From IMG/VR virus record IMGVR_UViG_3300001200_000009: a DNA stretch of 64,000 bases; one strand, 5' to 3'. The DNA comes from a virus. Shown one piece after another: positions 1-8,986 of the stretch. Position 1 is the stretch's first letter, and each line of letters begins with the position of its first letter. The notes beneath the pieces are model-generated. The model did not search any database. It had not been told where the DNA came from and was given only the letters and a program-made list of their open reading frames with translations. The translations under genes and the position numbers were made by a program.

Positions 1-1100
1 CCATGGTCAATCATACGGAAAGCTACAAGCGTGTTACCCTCTTGGGACAGTGCCAACTTCGCAATGAAATTAGTACGTGGCTTGTAATTGTTGAGAAATT
101 TAATCTCATCTTGGTATTTGATCTTGCCAAGACTCTTACGCAGCTCGTTAGGGTACTCGCATAGGAGAACTCCAATTTTCAGCTTAGCTACATATCCTTG
201 GTCCATCAGTTCCTTGGTAGAAACGATTTTTACGACCTCTCCAAACAGACCATTCAAATACATCTGATTGACCTTTGTCCCTTTTAAGGTACCGGTAAGA
301 CCAATTCTCCAGCTTGCATTTGTCATTCCATCCATAATAGATGTTAAGACCTTAGCAGCGAAGGTATGGGCTTCATCACCAATCATCCCATAGACTGTTT
401 TCTTGAATCCTTTTGGCATAGATTTAATGGACTGCCAGGTCGTTATGATGATTTCACAGTCAGTATGTTTATCCTTGCCTGAATAAATTCTGTGGCAATG
501 GTCTTCAACGTCCCAATTTTCGTCGTTCTTAGAATATTCCGCAAAATCGGTATACATTTGTTCGACCAACTGGGTACGAGGTACGATTAGCACAAACTTC
601 TGGTCATCCGGAAGCTCTCGTTGAATCCAACGAATGAGTAGATAAATGATGAGGGATTTACCAGACGCGGTAGGTGAGACCTCTAGGATTCTCTTATTGA
701 CAATTGCCTTATGGACCGCATCTAACTGGTAGTCACGAGGTTTAATTGTATTGCCGTCCCCGTCTGTAAGGACTATCGACTTAAAGAACTCTTTGACCTC
801 TTCTTTTGAAGGGACGTTCTTTTTACCAGGAGTACCGAATTCGTTTGCTTCAGTCTCGACAGTGTAGCCAAATCTTTTGGCGAAATTGCAGACCTCATTG
901 TAAAGGCCTGCAGGTAGGGTTCGTTTATAGTAATCCAATAGACGGATTTGGCCGTCCCAGCTGCCGTTCTTGTAGGCTGGCATGAATTTGTAACCATCAA
1001 CGAAGAAAGAAAAATGCTCACGCATTTCCATGATAACGCTATCGCTAGCAATTACCTTTACGTGAGCATGGTTCAGATATTTTAGAGTAATTATTTCCAC
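1..1100 (-). CDS. uvsW: UvsW SF2 DNA helicase (3' end runs off the window)
   Basis: Not in the ORF track. Manual translation from GTG at 1100 gives VEIITLKYLNHAHVKV...GYKFMPAYKNGSWDGQIRL...PRDYQ...SPTASGKS (Walker A)...GDEAH...LTGT. Confidence 0.93.
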   Translation of the reverse strand, partial: MEIITLKYLNHAHVKVIASDSVIMEMREHFSFFVDGYKFMPAYKNGSWDGQIRLLDYYKRTLPAGLYNEVCNFAKRFGYTVETEANEFGTPGKKNVPSKEEVKEFFKSIVLTDGDGNTIKPRDYQLDAVHKAIVNKRILEVSPTASGKSLIIYLLIRWIQRELPDDQKFVLIVPRTQLVEQMYTDFAEYSKNDENWDVEDHCHRIYSGKDKHTDCEIIITTWQSIKSMPKGFKKTVYGMIGDEAHTFAAKVLTSIMDGMTNASWRIGLTGTLKGTKVNQMYLNGLFGEVVKIVSTKELMDQGYVAKLKIGVLLCEYPNELRKSLGKIKYQDEIKFLNNYKPRTNFIAKLALSQEGNTLVAFRMIDH

Positions 1101-1104
1101 ATTG

Positions 1105-1112
1105 TATTTATA
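1105..1112 (-). promoter_or_regulatory. T4-type late promoter TATAAATA, 4 nt before the uvsW GTG, inside a 7-bp hairpin
   Basis: Minus strand reads TTTCCAC-TATAAATA-CAAT-GTGGAAA. Confidence 0.75.
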
Positions 1113-1128
1113 GTGGAAACGGGAGAGC

Positions 1129-1281
1129 TTATCTCAGCTGTGTATTAGTCCCTGGTTCAGTTGGGCGTCCACCGCCTCCTCCGCCACTGTTACTACCAGT
1201 AGAGGCAAGCTTGTTTTTAGCCTTCTTAACCACGAAAAATACAATTGCTGCGACAACTACGGCGAGTGCGAGAAATTCCAT
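1129..1281 (-). CDS. Small single-pass membrane protein, 50 aa
   Basis: Manual translation MEFLALAVVVAAIVFFVVKKAKNK...GGGGGGRPTEPGTNTQLR; TAATG-coupled to the upstream gene. Confidence 0.7.
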   Translation of the reverse strand: MEFLALAVVVAAIVFFVVKKAKNKLASTGSNSGGGGGGRPTEPGTNTQLR

Positions 1282-1655
1282 TACGTTTTTCCTTCTAATT
1301 TCCAATTTTTGATGACATCATAATTCAAGACTATGAAGGTATGGCCGTCGTACTTGTCATCTTGGTACTCGACCTGAACGATATCAATCTCTCGTTCAAT
1401 GAGATTTTTTCGAAGCTGAAGATAATGAACCTTCGATGCTTCAGATTCTAACTCTTCGATTGGGATGCTGAATAGATTTCCGGTAGCTGAAAACGTATAC
1501 AAGTTCGGACCAAAGATATCGAGCCAATCCTTACCAATCGAACACCACATACCGAGTACTCCATTGTCGTGCTTTGTCTTCGTTAGACTATGGATAAGAC
1601 CGTTATCATAGACAGGCCAATCGATAGTCTTATCAGTCGCATGGTATAGTTGCAT
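1281..1655 (-). CDS. Hypothetical protein, possible ADP-ribosyltransferase-like (ART-PolyVal-type) fold
   Basis: N-terminal LYHAT, central GVLGMWCS and C-terminal FIVLNYDVIK pattern; TAATG-coupled. Confidence 0.45.
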   Translation of the reverse strand: MQLYHATDKTIDWPVYDNGLIHSLTKTKHDNGVLGMWCSIGKDWLDIFGPNLYTFSATGNLFSIPIEELESEASKVHYLQLRKNLIEREIDIVQVEYQDDKYDGHTFIVLNYDVIKNWKLEGKT

Positions 1656-1990
1656 TAAAACAGGCTTTGAAGCGATAACTTTGCGGTGGCGACTAGAACA
1701 GGACGTTCTCCGTCTCTATTGTCCCTCATGGCAATGCCAAAATTATACGACCCTGGATGGCGTTCTCTTAGGTCATTGGCAATTCCGATTGGTAGATAAT
1801 GTACGCCGTTCAGTTTGTCATACCAATTCCGCTTATAACACGGTTTTAAAGACGCAACCTTCACAGTCTTTCCGTGTCGCTGTTCTTCACGATGCTCTAC
1901 CAGAAATTCTGAGTTGAATCTTGCGGGGTCTACCGGAAAGTAACCATCAATCATATCCATGAAGGTTCTTCTAAGATGCATTTCTTTCAT
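1655..1990 (-). CDS. Hypothetical protein, likely start MKEMHL at 1990
   Basis: ATG overlaps the uvsY stop (TAATG); TAATG-coupled at the other end too. Confidence 0.65.
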   Translation of the reverse strand: MKEMHLRRTFMDMIDGYFPVDPARFNSEFLVEHREEQRHGKTVKVASLKPCYKRNWYDKLNGVHYLPIGIANDLRERHPGSYNFGIAMRDNRDGERPVLVATAKLSLQSLF

Positions 1991-2436
1991 TAACTTCCAG
2001 CTTCGAACTTGGCCCAGTCTACTGCGATTCTCAAGTCCTGCCCTCTCCAATTGATTTTGTTTACGATGTCCATAACGGTGTCACGACAAATCTCTAGTTC
2101 GTCGATTTCTTTTTGAAGGGCAGAGATGTCAGGGTCGACCTTAACATAACTATCCACCTCGGATTTCATAACTCTTACACCGTCAGTTGGGTCGTATTTC
2201 CAACCAAATTGGTCCATTTGAAATTTAGGCATTTTGCCCGCCATCCACACCTTCTTATGGTGTTTAAGCGTTTCCATTTTACGCTTCTTACCCTTAAGAG
2301 AGACTTTAATCGCAGCCAGTATTTCGAGATACTTAGCATGCAGACCAGAGATTCTTATCGCTTCCTCGAAGATTTTGTTCTTGTCAATCTTCGAATCTTT
2401 TTTCCAATCAAGGAGAATGTCTTGTACTTTAATCAT
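1990..2436 (-). CDS. uvsY: UvsY recombination mediator
   Basis: WKKDSKID...LHAKYL...INWRGQDLRIAVDWAKFEAG motifs; lies next to uvsW. Confidence 0.9.
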   Translation of the reverse strand: MIKVQDILLDWKKDSKIDKNKIFEEAIRISGLHAKYLEILAAIKVSLKGKKRKMETLKHHKKVWMAGKMPKFQMDQFGWKYDPTDGVRVMKSEVDSYVKVDPDISALQKEIDELEICRDTVMDIVNKINWRGQDLRIAVDWAKFEAGS

Positions 2437-2441
2437 GTAAT

Positions 2442-2471
2442 ATTATATCACACCCGTGATGATAAGTAAAC
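2442..2471 (-). promoter_or_regulatory. T4-type early (sigma70) promoter for uvsY
   Basis: GTTTACT-N17-TATAAT with an extended TG; ATG 5 nt downstream. Confidence 0.8.
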
Positions 2472-2920
2472 TAAGCTTTTAACAGCTCAAACCGTGAGTA
2501 GGCGAATCCAGCAGTCAGAGAGATTAGAGGGTCATCAGAGGCAGTCGACTCAAACCTTAACTCTCCTAGCGTAATGGGAAACGCATCGTAATAGGCAATC
2601 TTGCGCTTTGGCTTACCAGAAACTGAATAGATTGTCAGTGTAATCGTTTTTGTCTTAGGCTCTCCTGCACAGTTGAGTAGCCAATCATGTAGAATATCGT
2701 ATGAGACCATTTCATCGTCTAGGTGCAGTTCTACGTTGAGGTCTCCGTAATCTGGCTTGGTACCAGTGTGGGGGAAATCAAGTCTTCGACCAGTCTGTTT
2801 GACTGGCCTGTTAGAAATAGTCGGATGAGCAAATCCCTTTACGCCTACCGATAAACCTTTCAGTCCTTCGATGGTAATGGAATAGTTGGTGCTAGTTAGA
2901 AATTCGTTAGATGTAGACAT
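2471..2920 (-). CDS. gp3: Tail tube terminator/completion protein (gp3-like, gp19 fold)
   Basis: YGDLNVELHLDDEMVSYDILHDWL...DAFPITLGELRF; late promoter TATAAATA 6 nt upstream. Confidence 0.75.
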   Translation of the reverse strand: MSTSNEFLTSTNYSITIEGLKGLSVGVKGFAHPTISNRPVKQTGRRLDFPHTGTKPDYGDLNVELHLDDEMVSYDILHDWLLNCAGEPKTKTITLTIYSVSGKPKRKIAYYDAFPITLGELRFESTASDDPLISLTAGFAYSRFELLKA

Positions 2921-2946
2921 TCATTGTATTTATACGGACACGACGC

Positions 2947-2970
2947 AAAGAAAAACCCGCTCAAGGCGGG
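2947..2970 (-). terminator. Intrinsic terminator after the major capsid gene
   Basis: CCCGC-5nt-GCGGG hairpin followed by a U-tract on the minus strand. Confidence 0.8.
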
Positions 2971-2995
2971 CTCTTCATATTTTGTAATCCTTGTA

Positions 2996-4300
2996 CTAGA
3001 CTAGGATGTTGTTAACCTTGAAGATACGGAAGTACGTATTCGCACGGTTTGCGCCTGTACCAGAAGCTGGTACTGAAGGAGAACCTTCGGCGAATGGGTT
3101 GGCTACCATTGCGTAACGAGTTTTGAATCCGATTTTAGGCTGGAACGTTTTCTCGTTGATCGCACGAACCATTGTTAGTGGAACGTAAGGGCAATAGAAT
3201 AGGCCAGCATCGTATGGGTTAGAACCGCGGTAACCGACTGTTGCGTAGTCTACAGTAGCGTAAGGGTCGATGTAGACCTTCATGCCATTATGAAGAGTAC
3301 CAGCGAATGTGTTACCAGTGTCATCAACGTTTAGTTTCTTAGCAAGAGCTGGAGCATAGTCTAGAAGACCGCTCATTCCAAGCGCAGAAGCGATGTTTGA
3401 AGAGCAAAGGATAAATGTAGCTTTACCACGACGAGTTTCTTTCGCCACAGCGTTCGCTTCAAATTCTAGTTGTAGCAAGAAGCCTTTGATTTTCTCTGCA
3501 GACCAACGACCATCAGCATCTGTTGATAGGTCAAATACACCAGGCGTCGCAACGTTAGGAGTTTGAGCACCAAGCTTAGCTTTAGTGTTGATTGTACGGA
3601 TAGTCTCACGGTTGATTTCAGCTAGGATTTCTGTAGACAAGATGTTAGAAAGCTCTGCCTCAGCGTCTAGGCCGTGGATAGCTTTAAGGTCTTGTGCAAG
3701 TTCCATTGTGAACTCAGCGCTTAGGCCACGAGTTTTGGCTTCAGCAACGGCTTTCTCGATTGAGAATCCCATTTGACCCCACTCGTTACCAGTCTCACCC
3801 AGCGTTTCGCCAAGTACTGTTGACATACCGATACCAACACCGAATGCGTCGTCAACACCATCAACTGGAGCAACGTCTGTACCAGGAAGACCAGAAGAGT
3901 CTCCAGCATGGGCATCAGCAGCGATTTTAGAACCAGAATGGTCTGTTTTAGCTTCGTCGAAGAATGCTTCGTCACCGCTCATGTTGTCATAGCGTGATTT
4001 CATAGCGAAGATTAGTCCAGTAGGACCACTCATAGCTTGAACGCCAGCGACGTCAAAGGCGATTAGGTTAGGCATAGCACGACGTACTAGGCTAATCAGA
4101 ATTGGGTCGAAACCTGCAACTCCGTTTTGTCCAACCGAAACGTTTTCGTTTAGTTGACGCTCTTCTTGTAGAGCGTTGTCTGTGTTCTCAAGAAGCTGAG
4201 CAATGACTGCTTTCTTGTATGATTCTTGAATTGGTGGAACGTCTGGCGCATTTAGAACTGGTGCCCAGCGGTCCATTTGGTGGTCGGAAGTCGACTGCAT
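2996..4300 (-). CDS. gp23: Major capsid protein
   Basis: GFDPILISLVRRAMPNLIAFD, ELAQDLKAIHGLDAEAEL and FQPKIGFKTRY motifs. Confidence 0.98.
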   Translation of the reverse strand: MQSTSDHQMDRWAPVLNAPDVPPIQESYKKAVIAQLLENTDNALQEERQLNENVSVGQNGVAGFDPILISLVRRAMPNLIAFDVAGVQAMSGPTGLIFAMKSRYDNMSGDEAFFDEAKTDHSGSKIAADAHAGDSSGLPGTDVAPVDGVDDAFGVGIGMSTVLGETLGETGNEWGQMGFSIEKAVAEAKTRGLSAEFTMELAQDLKAIHGLDAEAELSNILSTEILAEINRETIRTINTKAKLGAQTPNVATPGVFDLSTDADGRWSAEKIKGFLLQLEFEANAVAKETRRGKATFILCSSNIASALGMSGLLDYAPALAKKLNVDDTGNTFAGTLHNGMKVYIDPYATVDYATVGYRGSNPYDAGLFYCPYVPLTMVRAINEKTFQPKIGFKTRYAMVANPFAEGSPSVPASGTGANRANTYFRIFKVNNILV

Positions 4301-4367
4301 TGAATTTCTCCGTTTATACTTTTTATTTATTAAATCCGGTTTTTACCGTGACTTAGTTGAAGGGTTA

Positions 4368-5831
4368 TTACCTACGCTTTAGAGCTTTTGTATAGACATC
4401 CATACGTGTCTCTTGCTTAGGTGCTGCTGTCTCAATTAGAGTTTCAACAGGGCTTGGGTTAGTAGTTTTTGATTCGACGATCGTTCCAGCAAGGGATGAT
4501 ACCGCTTCCTTGAACTCATTTAGTGTTTTGCATGTCTGCTTCTCAGCAAGCGAGCGAACACGGTCTGCGTCAGAAACTGAAAGTCCTTCGGTCAGTTCAG
4601 TAAGGATGTTCTCCTTACGAGCTTTTACGAAATTGCTTTTGTATTTTCTAACGTCTTCAGCAAGAGCAGTTGCTTTGATTTTAAGAGCATCGTTGTCTGC
4701 TTCAAGTTTTTCGACTAGGCTTTCTTTGCCAGTCGGTACTTCAATAGACTCAGATTCATAAAGGGCTTTCATTCCCTGCATGAATGCGTTTGATACTTTA
4801 ACACCTTGAGCTTCTTCAATCACTGTTTTGTTTTCGTCGAAATAAGTCTCAACAACGTGGTCTAGATACGAGTCAACTTGTCCAATCATTCGCTCTTCGA
4901 TGGCAACAACTTCGTCAGCAACCATTAGGTTAATCTGAGGTACGATTGATTCCATGATAGATTTCAGTTTACGTTCAACTGCTTTTTCGAATACTGGGAC
5001 CATGCCTGTTTTAAAGTCGTCTGATAGGCCTTCATCAAGAGCTGCAATAGCTTTCAATGTACGTCCATCGACTTTGTATTCAACCTGGTCAAACGCTTCT
5101 TGTGTAAGAGTAGCGCCAGAATATACAGCTTGAATTAGCTTACCATTACCTGAAAGCATTTGCTTCACGACGTTTAGAACGTTATGAGCCGCTGGTAGGT
5201 TGGTTTTGCTAGTAGCATTAGTACCGGCTTTGGCTGCATCTTTATTGATTTCGTTAGGGTCTTCAACGCCTTCTTTACCAGTTGGCTTGCCTTTTCCTTT
5301 AATCGGAGCAGCTTTAGGACCGTTGGTTTTCATCTTCGCAGATTCATTACCACCAGATACAACTTTAGTATCTACAATTCCATCTTTATTCATTGCAGCA
5401 GGATTCTCAAGAGAGCCATTTGACTCTTCAAGCTCCTCGCCGTCAGTTTCTTTGGCTTCGCCCAGTTCGTCTTCCAACTCACCGTCCATTGGGGCTTCAG
5501 ATTCTCCACCTTCGCCATCAAGAGAAAACTCAGTGTCTCCTCCTTCAACATCTCCTTCGCCGCCAGTAATCATATCGCGTAGTTGCGACACAATAGTCTC
5601 AAGGCTTGCTAGAAGTTCAGTTTCGTCTCCGCCGTCCTCAATAGATTTACCATCAACTGCATCGTCATCTGTCGAGATGTCAAGGTCGTCGAGGTTATCG
5701 AAGTCCGTTTCGTCGTTACCATCTAGATCGTGCGAATCAACTGACTCATCGTCGTCAACACCATACACGTCTACATCATTTTTGTCGTTTTCTAATTCAG
5801 AATCGACACCGTCTTTATTTAAAGGGTCCAT
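4368..5831 (-). CDS. gp22: Prohead core scaffolding protein with a long acidic N-terminus
   Basis: VDSYLDHVVE motif, coiled-coil character, C-terminal MDVYTKAL; lies between gp21 and gp23. Confidence 0.88.
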   Translation of the reverse strand: MDPLNKDGVDSELENDKNDVDVYGVDDDESVDSHDLDGNDETDFDNLDDLDISTDDDAVDGKSIEDGGDETELLASLETIVSQLRDMITGGEGDVEGGDTEFSLDGEGGESEAPMDGELEDELGEAKETDGEELEESNGSLENPAAMNKDGIVDTKVVSGGNESAKMKTNGPKAAPIKGKGKPTGKEGVEDPNEINKDAAKAGTNATSKTNLPAAHNVLNVVKQMLSGNGKLIQAVYSGATLTQEAFDQVEYKVDGRTLKAIAALDEGLSDDFKTGMVPVFEKAVERKLKSIMESIVPQINLMVADEVVAIEERMIGQVDSYLDHVVETYFDENKTVIEEAQGVKVSNAFMQGMKALYESESIEVPTGKESLVEKLEADNDALKIKATALAEDVRKYKSNFVKARKENILTELTEGLSVSDADRVRSLAEKQTCKTLNEFKEAVSSLAGTIVESKTTNPSPVETLIETAAPKQETRMDVYTKALKRR

Positions 5832-5850
5832 TTATTTTTCTCTTATTTCT

Positions 5851-6483
5851 CTATAGTATAGAGAGGAACTTTTCAAACGAACCAATCGCCGCGCGATTAG
5901 ATTCAAACAGTTCGGTCTCAATTTTTTCAATGCTCTTAGGTTTCCAGTTGCCGGTCTTATCTTGTACCCACTCGGTATTCTCAATGATGCTATTAACGAA
6001 TGCATCATGAGCTGAGGGGTCCTGAACTACATCAACTGTACTTAATACGAAATCGTCTCCTACGTAGGAGGCTCCTTCTTGTTGCCTAAGGCTACCCATG
6101 CCACGACTTGAAACACCTAGTTGAACTCCTCCGCTTAGGAGGCCTTCAAGAATTTTCCCACATGGGGTATTCAATACTAGGGCCTTTCCGATCACATTGC
6201 TTCCCTCCCAACGGAGTTCTGTAATACGATGCGAAACTCTATCAAGGTTGATTGTGGGTTCAGCAGGATGGTCAAGTTCTCCTACCGCTCTACCAGCGTC
6301 AACCTTTTCTTTGAAGCTTTGGACAGCTTTCTCAAGGATAGGCTTTGTGTAAACCCGTCCGTTACGATTCTTCTTCTCAGCTTGCATGAAGATACCTTCG
6401 AGGTAAGTGTTTTTCTTACCATCCTTAGTATTCTCAGTCAGAACCTCGATAGATTCTTGAAGTTGTCCAATAAGCAGCTTCAT
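5851..6483 (-). CDS. gp21: Prohead protease
   Basis: EGIFMQAEKKNRNGRVY, GELDHP and GVSSRGMGSL motifs. Confidence 0.96.
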   Translation of the reverse strand: MKLLIGQLQESIEVLTENTKDGKKNTYLEGIFMQAEKKNRNGRVYTKPILEKAVQSFKEKVDAGRAVGELDHPAEPTINLDRVSHRITELRWEGSNVIGKALVLNTPCGKILEGLLSGGVQLGVSSRGMGSLRQQEGASYVGDDFVLSTVDVVQDPSAHDAFVNSIIENTEWVQDKTGNWKPKSIEKIETELFESNRAAIGSFEKFLSIL

Positions 6484-6618
6484 TTAATTAAACATTCTCT
6501 GTGCAACTTCCTTACGAACATCAGCCAGACGAGTGTCGATTTTAGAAGCCATAAGCTCCACACCTGCGCGGTCAGTCTTGTCTTCGTTGATAATTGCTTT
6601 AAGTAATTCTTTTGACAT
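6484..6618 (-). CDS. Small prohead core protein (gp67-like), 44 aa
   Basis: Manual translation MSKELLKAIINEDKTDRAGVELMASKIDTRLADVRKEVAQRMFN; GAGGA Shine-Dalgarno (SD); late promoter at 6636-6643. Confidence 0.65.
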   Translation of the reverse strand: MSKELLKAIINEDKTDRAGVELMASKIDTRLADVRKEVAQRMFN

Positions 6619-6653
6619 TATTGTCCTCTCGTGATTATTTATACTAAAAAACT

Positions 6654-8444
6654 TTAGACATCTTCGAATTCTTCAGCGTCGATACTGTCGAAATCTTCTT
6701 CGCCTTCAGCTCCTAGGTCAAGCGAAGCACCTTCAGGGTCATCAAAAGCTTCTTCGCCTTCGATATCACCCTCACCTTCGAGGTCTCCAAGGTCGCCTTC
6801 GAATCCAGCAGTGTCAGCTCCTCCGCCTTCTCCACCAACATCCGTTTCAGGGTCTGGTAGACTATCGCGGTAAAGCGCTTCTTGTCTGATTTGATGCTTG
6901 ATTTCTTCAATCTCTTGTTCGTTCTGCTTAAGGATATTCTTACGAACGAATTCCTTCGAGAAGTAAGTTCCAATTAGGTTATCAGCGCCCGCTGTCTGAG
7001 CAGTTTCAATACGCTCTCTTAGAATCTCAGCCTCTTTAAGCTCAGAGAAGAACGAGTCTTGGGCATAATCAAAGAAGATTTTCTCTTTGAGCGAGTCCCA
7101 TTCATTTTCGTTAATGATAGATTTAAGAATCAGCTGTTGCTTAAGCACCTGTTTGAACAGGTCACTGAACTTCATGCGTAGATGGTCAATATGCTTTTGG
7201 AAACGGATTTCATCTCGGTTAATCTCAGATGAGCGACCAATAGAGAATCCGTTCTCATTATCTAGGCGAGAGACTGGAACGTTCAGCGACTTATAAAGCT
7301 GAAGCTTGAAATATTCGATATCGTCGATTTGGCCAAGGTTCTGCCCACCTTGTAGGGTGGTAACATCTGTGCCCTTACCATCCGCAGACTTAGGGAACCA
7401 GAAGTCCTCTAGCATATGCATATGGTGTCTATCGGATGTCACTTCACCAGTCTGGGAGTTGTAAGTGACCTTATTTTTATACTTATTCATCAGACGGTTA
7501 ACGTACGATTCTGACGATTTAGGATTCATTTGCCCAACCGCGACGTTAAAGATACGACGCTCAGGAGCTCGTACCATACGATAGGTAATAAGCGCGTCTT
7601 CCATCATGCGAAGTTGGTTGACTGGTCTCATGGCCTTGTGAAGATATGAGAGCGTTACATTACGCGTTGGGTCTAGAATACCGGAAGACACGAATGTAAT
7701 TGAGTCAGCTGGAATCTTAACCCCTTGAGTTGTGTTCATATTTTGCGAGTTGACTTGACCTGTAAATCCATGCTCGGAATAGATGAAATACTCATCGTAT
7801 CCAGAGATTAGGTTAATACCAGTCCGCTTATCAGGCTCGGTTAGGAGCTCACGAATCCGACGAATTTTGTATGGGTTGATTGGTCGAAGTTCTTTGATTC
7901 CATCTTGAGGCTTCTTATTGTCGATAACGTTTGCATACGCAATACGCCCGTCAATATACCATCTCTTAAAGATGTCATGACCATATTTGCGGAAGTCCAT
8001 CATAGATAGAACACCGTCGAATTCTTCGGTAACTTTGGTTTTGAATCGCTCCGAGCCGTCAACCTCATCTAAGTTGATGGTCACTGGCATTTCATGCCCG
8101 TTTGAGACGATTGCCTCGTCAGCAATATCATCTACAGCACGGTCAACCTCTGGTTGTTGCGCCATTTGTCTGTACTTGGAGATAAGGTCAGCTTCGTTGG
8201 CAAACGCGTCTCCACGCGTGTCCATTGTGTAGGCCATAACACCTGCACCGCCATTTGCCATAATGACATGAGCTGATTCAGACTCTTCTGACGGAGGAAC
8301 GAAACTTTTGATTTGTTCTTCGTCTGAATTGTCTTGTTCTTTCTTGCGGATTTCATATCCGAGAAAGTCAAAACCCCTACGCTGACGCCTTTCTTCGGGC
8401 GTTTCATGGTAGGGATTCTGTTGGTTTACTTGACGTGGGTCCAT
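6654..8444 (-). CDS. gp20: Portal vertex protein
   Basis: NQLRMMEDALITYRMVRAPERRIF, MLEDFWFP and GGQNLGQIDD motifs; late promoter at 8465-8472. Confidence 0.97.
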   Translation of the reverse strand: MDPRQVNQQNPYHETPEERRQRRGFDFLGYEIRKKEQDNSDEEQIKSFVPPSEESESAHVIMANGGAGVMAYTMDTRGDAFANEADLISKYRQMAQQPEVDRAVDDIADEAIVSNGHEMPVTINLDEVDGSERFKTKVTEEFDGVLSMMDFRKYGHDIFKRWYIDGRIAYANVIDNKKPQDGIKELRPINPYKIRRIRELLTEPDKRTGINLISGYDEYFIYSEHGFTGQVNSQNMNTTQGVKIPADSITFVSSGILDPTRNVTLSYLHKAMRPVNQLRMMEDALITYRMVRAPERRIFNVAVGQMNPKSSESYVNRLMNKYKNKVTYNSQTGEVTSDRHHMHMLEDFWFPKSADGKGTDVTTLQGGQNLGQIDDIEYFKLQLYKSLNVPVSRLDNENGFSIGRSSEINRDEIRFQKHIDHLRMKFSDLFKQVLKQQLILKSIINENEWDSLKEKIFFDYAQDSFFSELKEAEILRERIETAQTAGADNLIGTYFSKEFVRKNILKQNEQEIEEIKHQIRQEALYRDSLPDPETDVGGEGGGADTAGFEGDLGDLEGEGDIEGEEAFDDPEGASLDLGAEGEEDFDSIDAEEFEDV

Positions 8445-8467
8445 AAATGACTACCTTTCAGGAGTAT

Positions 8468-8986
8468 TTATACCCTCTCAGGAAGAAGGTAGGAGAACGT
8501 CACGGGAAATTCTTCAATCGCGTTTGTAGTATCGTTGTTGAATTCGATTTGTCCTACATTCTCAGGCCATGCATCGACAAGCTTGTATCTTTTCAGAACT
8601 CGCTCATCTGAATCTAGCTGCTCAACAATGATGTCTGAATACCACTGAGACGGGTCAGCGTCAGGTGTATTTGACTTAACGTTGTTGATGCCTTCTTGCC
8701 AGTCCATCATTGCATCATGTACCGAGAATCCAGTATCATTGAAGAATGTTGCTGTCCATGGCTCATATTCAGGACGATCGCCTGGAAGAGAGAATGTACG
8801 CCCACGATAATTCAGTGGAATTTTACCCATTGGAGAGGCCGGAATCGAAGCACCTTTACAGAGCAATGAAGTGGTCTCAGCATCTCCTTGAACGAACGAA
8901 GGATAATTGATGATGATGCGGAATAGGTTATTACGTGCACCACCTCTAGGAAGCTTCGCTCGGAAGTTACGAATAGCTCGAGTCAT
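8468..8986 (-). CDS. gp19: Tail tube protein
   Basis: GGARNNLF, CKGASIPAS, WTATFFND and IEEFPVTF motifs. Confidence 0.95.
   Translation of the reverse strand: MTRAIRNFRAKLPRGGARNNLFRIIINYPSFVQGDAETTSLLCKGASIPASPMGKIPLNYRGRTFSLPGDRPEYEPWTATFFNDTGFSVHDAMMDWQEGINNVKSNTPDADPSQWYSDIIVEQLDSDERVLKRYKLVDAWPENVGQIEFNNDTTNAIEEFPVTFSYLLPERV

Noticed and set aside
773-1051. 92-aa minus-strand ORF in the track
   Set aside because: It is an alternative frame inside uvsW, which the track missed because that gene runs off the window.
5200-5856. 218-aa Ser-rich plus-strand ORF
   Set aside because: Antisense shadow of the Asp/Glu-rich gp22 N-terminus; no promoter or SD.
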